Assembly (NCBI GenBank): GCA_039621445.1
Contig: CP154954.1
Span: 38,115,703-38,179,702 of the forward strand
Length of the DNA stretch: 64,000 bases
Direction: 5' to 3'
Source of the DNA: Euglena gracilis
Lineage: Eukaryota
The position numbers and the translations under genes were made by a program. Numbering within the stretch: the stretch's first letter is position 1; every line of letters starts with the position of its first letter. The notes beneath the pieces were generated by a model that was not told the origin of the DNA, ran no database searches, and saw only the letters and a program-made list of their open reading frames with translations. Positions 59,401 through 64,000 of this stretch are shown one piece after another.

Positions 59401-62400
59401 GGCGTCAGCACAGGCGACGCCAGGGCGGGCGGCGGGGCGCTGTGGCTGCCGCGCGGCGGGGGGCGGCCGAAGCCCACCCCGCCGGCCGGGGCCGGGGGGG
59501 CGGGGCCGGGGGCCGGGCGGCGGGGGGCGGCGGCGCCGCTGCGGCTGCGGTGGGGCGGGACCGGGGCCGGGGGGTGCCCGGGGCCAAAGAGGGGGGTCAC
59601 GGTGGGCCGCGGGGGGTGGGGGGCCCCGGCGGCCCGGCTGGGGGCAGGCACCCCCGGGGCGGACCATTGGTGGTCACTGAGTACTGTTGTGGGAACCAGC
59701 CAAACCTGCAGTGGCTGCCCTGAGGGCATCGGGGACAGGTCAGGGGCAGGACACCCAACCCCCACAGTCTGCCGGTGTCCTCATCATTGGGCGGCGGCCT
59801 GGGCGGAAGGGCCTCCCGGCGCGGGGCCGTGGGGCCGCACCGCCCCGACAGGGACCGGCGTGGCCCGCTTGGCGGCAGCCACCGGGGCGGTGGGACGAGG
59901 CAGCGGTGGGGCGTCTGCCCCCAGCGGTCGGGCGATGCGGCTGACAGTGGGCCAACGGCAACCACCCACGGCGCCCGCTTCCGGGGGGGGGGGGGCACAC
60001 ACCGGTGCACGCTGTCCATCGCTGCCACGTCTGTCGGTTTGACTCACCACCTGTTTGGTTTCAATCCCCTCGTATTTCAGGGAGAGCACAAGCAGGCGAA
60101 CCCCACACAAGACTGGCTGTCGGGGCTCGGGAGAGGGGGCACTCCTCTCTGGGCAGAAATCGCCGCTGGCCAGCGTTGACCGTTTGATCTTTGGCGCACC
60201 AAAACACGCTGGCTGTGGGTGACTGGCTCCTTCGGCTCCGCCTCTTTGGCTTCGTCACTTTACCTCGTTTGAAGAGAGAGAAGCGGTTGCATTGAATCAG
60301 TTGGCAGCCAGCAGGCCTAAATGAACTGGGATTGAGATTGCAGTCGGCCGGAGGGGGGAGGATTACGTAAAGACGGGGACCTGCAGGGCCACCGCGGGTA
60401 AGGAAAAGTTTTATCCAATCAAATCCCCCCTCAAGCTGCTCTGCCTGGCCCCGACAATGACCATCCTCTGCAGAGTCACGTTTCCATTGCGGGTAGACAA
60501 GGAAGCTGCCTCAGTCTTCAATGGCAGCCAAATTGCAAATCCAGCGCAGACAAATTGTTTTCTTGGGCAGCGCCATGCAACTTAGTTCAGCAACTGACCT
60601 CCCTTACACGAGGTCGGGCTTTTTGTCACAAGAAAGAACGTCCATTTATGACGGTCAACGTATGCCTTATAAGAGATTCCATATCGGTGCAAAAGCAGTC
60701 TGTGGAGCACTTGAGAGGAAGCGTGAAATGTGATAGGCTGGGGGAGGGATGATTTGCTTTCCCCCCTTCTTTTTAGTTCAGCAAGAGTATGAAGAGGTTC
60801 AAAAAGAGATTTCAAAGTTCTTTGAATTTGAAGGGGAAAGAAACCGAAGAAATGCAAACAGAACAAATGAAACAAAGGTAAACATGCAATTTTGGCAGTT
60901 TTGGAATGCCATTGGATCGGACTTGGACTGGCAATCCTCTCCCTTGGTGGAATAAAATAATGGCGCTCCAAAATGCTCCCTTGGTTGTCGTCAGCGGTGG
61001 AATCCGTCTCACATGCCCAGGGTCGGAACAGTCCACACGATCCTGAGTGCCTTTCCAATCCAGTCCTGGGCATTCCCCTCCGCCAGGTTGGGGGAAAGCC
61101 CCTCCATTGGCACCGAACCGGCGGCGGATAGCAGCGGGAAAGTGACGGGCGGCGTGGGTGGGGGCAGGCGCGGCCTTGGACCCCGGCCGGGCGGTGGCGG
61201 AGGGCAGGGCACGGTGGGGTCGGGCCTCGCCCCTCCATCCCTGGGCGGGGCAGCACCGGCTTTCCTGGTTTCCTCTCATTTGCCTCTTTGATTTGAATCT
61301 GAATTCTGCTTTTGAATTTTAATGATTTGAATCTGCATTTTTGCATTTTTGAATTTGAATGACTGCTGGACTGAAAGCCAGAGCCTCCCTCCCCAAACGT
61401 GCCCCGGAAGGTGCCGGGCGCAGACCAGGGGTAGCCATTTTCCCACCCGTATGTGTTTCATTTCGGCTTTTCGGCTTTTATTGCCGTTTTTCTCACTTTT
61501 GGCTGGCAAAACAGCTTTTTCGCCGTTTTACCAACAGCGAAACGGCTTTTTTGCCGTTTTGCTGACGGCTTAACGGCTTTTTCGCCGGTTTGCCGAAAAG
61601 TCGTTTTGAAACAGAAGGGCTTCTGATGGGTGGGAACACAGACCAGGGTAACCAGTGCACAAATGGGGTCCCACCGCCCTCCCTCCCCCGCCCCCTCCGC
61701 CCCACCGTGGGCGGGTCACTCCGTCCTCTCTCTTCCCCCGCCCTGGGCGCCTCCACCCCCGGGGCCCACGGCTCCAGCACCGCATCGCTGTAGTCCACCG
61801 CCGCCCCGCCGGACCCGCCGCGGCCCACTGGCCGCCGCTCGCTGCCCGCCGGGGGGCGCAGCCGGGCGTCGGCGACCCCAGGCTCCGGGTCGAGGCCACC
61901 CCGCCGACGGGTCCGATGGGGTTGTGCCGGGGGTGAGCTTCTCCGACGTCCATAGCACCCTGAACGCCTATGGCACCCTGAGCCCCCCCCCTCCTGGGAA
62001 GGCGAGGCTCTCAGAATCACTGACAAGTCAGCGAGTGAAAAGCCCATCTGAAAATCCCAGAACAGAACAAGTCAGCGGAACCGCCGGAAGGCTGAAGGAA
62101 AGACTGAGGGGGGGGGGGGGGGGCAATCAACTGGAATCCTGGACTGTGATTGTGGCACTGAAAAAGCCCAAAAAGGCAGCACCTCGAAATGACACTGCAC
62201 AGCCTGCCCCTTAGCACTTGGTGGACCCCTCGACACCACGCCAATGATTGTTTGGCCCGAGATAAATCTTTGTGAATCGTAGAACACATGCACCAACACC
62301 ATTTTAAAATGCACCCACTCCCTCCAAGGGGGAAAACCTTCACATTATTGACAAAAATGCGATGGGGTGGTTGGAATTGTCCTCCTGAAGCCCAGCAGTG

Positions 62401-63600
62401 CTCCCTCCCAGATCCACCATGCTGAAGTTCGGCCGGTCGTCTCTGCTTTGGCCACTGGTGCACTTCACACGGCGCACACTTCACACAGTGGCAAGCGACG
62501 GAGGAAGGCGAAGTCAGTGATGGCATTGCCCGAAATACACGTCCAGGCAACAGGAGAGGGGAAGTGTTTCCATGGTTCCCAAAGTGGGGGACAAACATGG
62601 AAATGCAACGGTGTTTTGGTCCCACGTCTGCTGCGAAAAGATAATGGGCAACAGGGGTGGGGGGATGATTGTCCATTCAAATTGTGACTGCCTGGAAAAG
62701 ACGGACAAATTAAAAGACAAACAAAAAAATCAGAGATTAAAAAAGCGATGAAATTAATGAGATCACAAAAAGTGATGAAGTGTATTTGTGCTTCAGGATT
62801 TGCTGACCACCTGGGGAGGGCTGGACTAAAGTTTTTTGTGCAAAAATGGGCCGGCTTTTTCGGGGTTCAACAGGTCCACAGCAAAGCCTCCTGAAAAAGA
62901 AAGTTTTTGTTCGGGCTTTTCTCGTCTTGCTGAGTTTCCTGCCTAAAAATTGCGACCATTCCAGGTTTTTCTTCCCTCCCGGAAGACACCCCACCAGGGG
63001 AGATTCCAGCTGGTGGGTGTGCGGCCGCATCCAGTGGAACCGCAGTCTGACTGACCCAGCCAGGGAGGGGGTGGGCTGGATGGTGTGTCCGCTGGGAATG
63101 CAACCGCCTGGCTGGCTGGCGGCGGCATCCGGCTGGGGGGAAGGGCGCCAGTGGCCGGGCAGCGGCCGGGCGGCGCCGAGCAGGGCCTCCTGGCCGGGCG
63201 CCAGCCGGTGGGCGGGGCGGTCGGGGCGGTCGGGGCGGGAGGGTGGTCCCGCCCCGGCGCCGTCGTCGGCGCTGACGGGCACCGTGGCGGCCGTCGCCCG
63301 GGAGGACGTGCCGCCAGGGCGGGGGGCCGTACCCCCTCCTCGCCCTCCCCCCGGCCACCGACGGAAGCCCCAGGACGGGGGGGACCACGGCGCCGGGGCT
63401 GCCCGGGACCCGCCGCCCTGGGTGCTCTCCTGGCGCTCTCGGTCGCCCCCGGCGGCTGTCCCCCGGGGGGAAAGCATTCCCCGCCCAGCGTGCCGGCGGG
63501 CCGCGCTGTGGCTGCCGGCCTGGCGTGGGCCCGGCGTGGGCTGGCGCTGGCCGCAGGCGGGGCCAGCGCCGAGGGCTGATGGCCCCCATTCCCTCAATCT
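43000..63600 (-). CDS. Second multi-exon gene: Pro/Ser/Gly-rich low-complexity protein with an internal PDZ domain; both ends approximate and may extend beyond the window
   Basis: In-frame joins 55014>49986 (GT-AG), 49833>48682, 48635>48324, 48213>47983 and 46383>46106. Further GC-rich exon-like blocks near 55.5, 56.0, 58.1, 58.5, 59.5, 61.8 and 63.3 kb were not joined rigorously. Confidence 0.6.
44569..44770. mobile_element. TA-flanked ~200-bp foldback element containing telomere-like TTAGGG/CCCTAA hexamers
   Basis: Imperfect inverted arms of ~80 bp: taaaatctctggggg...tttattgatggagtagggttggggttaggagtt vs rc taaaatctccagggg...tttattgatgaaatagggttagggttaggagtt. Confidence 0.75.
46112..46379. 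mobile_element. Young hAT-like MITE forming nonconventional intron 46107-46382
   Basis: Perfect 16-bp TIR CAGGCTTCTTTTTAAG / CTTAAAAAGAAGCCTG. Perfect 8-bp TSD cgcggggc at 46104-46111 and 46380-46387. Confidence 0.92.
48213..49986 (-). CDS. PDZ-domain exons of gene 2 (49833-49986, 48635-48682, 48213-48324)
   Basis: Spliced peptide HAYIGLEMTDSLWLRATRVRHGYGALK|VIRVKEHSPAARSGIQ|VFDFIVQVNSRRTPSLRLFKAAFQKLQPGRPCRLVLHR. Both introns are GT-AG, phase 0. Confidence 0.85.
48758..49662. repeat. (GGGT)n followed by degenerate (GT)n, ~900 bp, intronic
   Basis: Direct reading. Confidence 0.95.
51560..52476. repeat. Tandem satellite, unit ~163 bp, ~5.5 copies
   Basis: Marker gacccattgactttgggtcaaaa recurs near 51701, 51865, 52028, 52180 and 52344. 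Confidence 0.92.
52476..52786. repeat. Almost pure G+C minisatellite of GGGCCGCC/GGCC units
   Basis: Direct reading. Confidence 0.92.
56689..56858. repeat. (ATAACA)n / (GAT)n / (GAC)n compound microsatellite
   Basis: Direct reading. Confidence 0.9.
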
Positions 63601-64000
63601 CTCGTATCAGTGGCAGGGCTTGGGGGGGGGGGGACGAGGGAGAAACAAACAAAGACAAACGGGTGCAGCGGGAAAAAAAACCAAAGCACGGAAAGGAATG
63701 GGGTCCCCATCAAAGTGCAGCCACCTTCCACCACGGCTGACACCCAAGGTCCCGAAGTGCCTGTTCTCGGTGTTAATGTTAATTATGACTGTCTCTGATG
63801 TCAAAGGCCCTATTATATGTTTTCCTCTGAGCAGTTTTGTATTTTCAAAGGTATGTATTCCCCTCATATTGTGCACAGCTTTGCATTTTTATTCAAACAC
63901 ATCAATGCGGTTTCAGGAATTTTTCATTTATTTTTCATATTTAACTTCGTCTGTGATTGTCATGAAAGAATTGTGAATAAATGCCAAATTTGAAAATTAT

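Overview
Eukaryotic nuclear DNA, not prokaryotic. It has short GC-rich exons, microsatellites and dense TIR elements. The intron architecture points to a euglenid (Euglena-like) genome; this is inference. Most ORFs in the supplied track are spurious. Manual splicing gives three genes: (1) a minus-strand gene at ~2028-34905 with ~50 exons, encoding a very long coiled-coil protein that ends in a PDZ domain; (2) a second minus-strand, low-complexity PDZ gene at ~43000-63600; (3) a spliced plus-strand passenger gene inside a 4.7-kb TIR element (35531-40213) that carries ten GAAGCGG-N4-CCGCTTC-type hairpins. At least 20 introns of gene 1 are non-GT-AG introns whose ends base-pair from +4 and -6. 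Two introns (2514-2829 and 46107-46382) are intact MITEs with CAG-starting TIRs and perfect 8-bp target-site duplications. The 3-nt + 5-nt unpaired intron ends equal exactly one TSD copy. This is direct sequence support for nonconventional introns arising from hAT-like DNA elements that are removed scarlessly at RNA level. All splice models were read by hand and need transcript confirmation.
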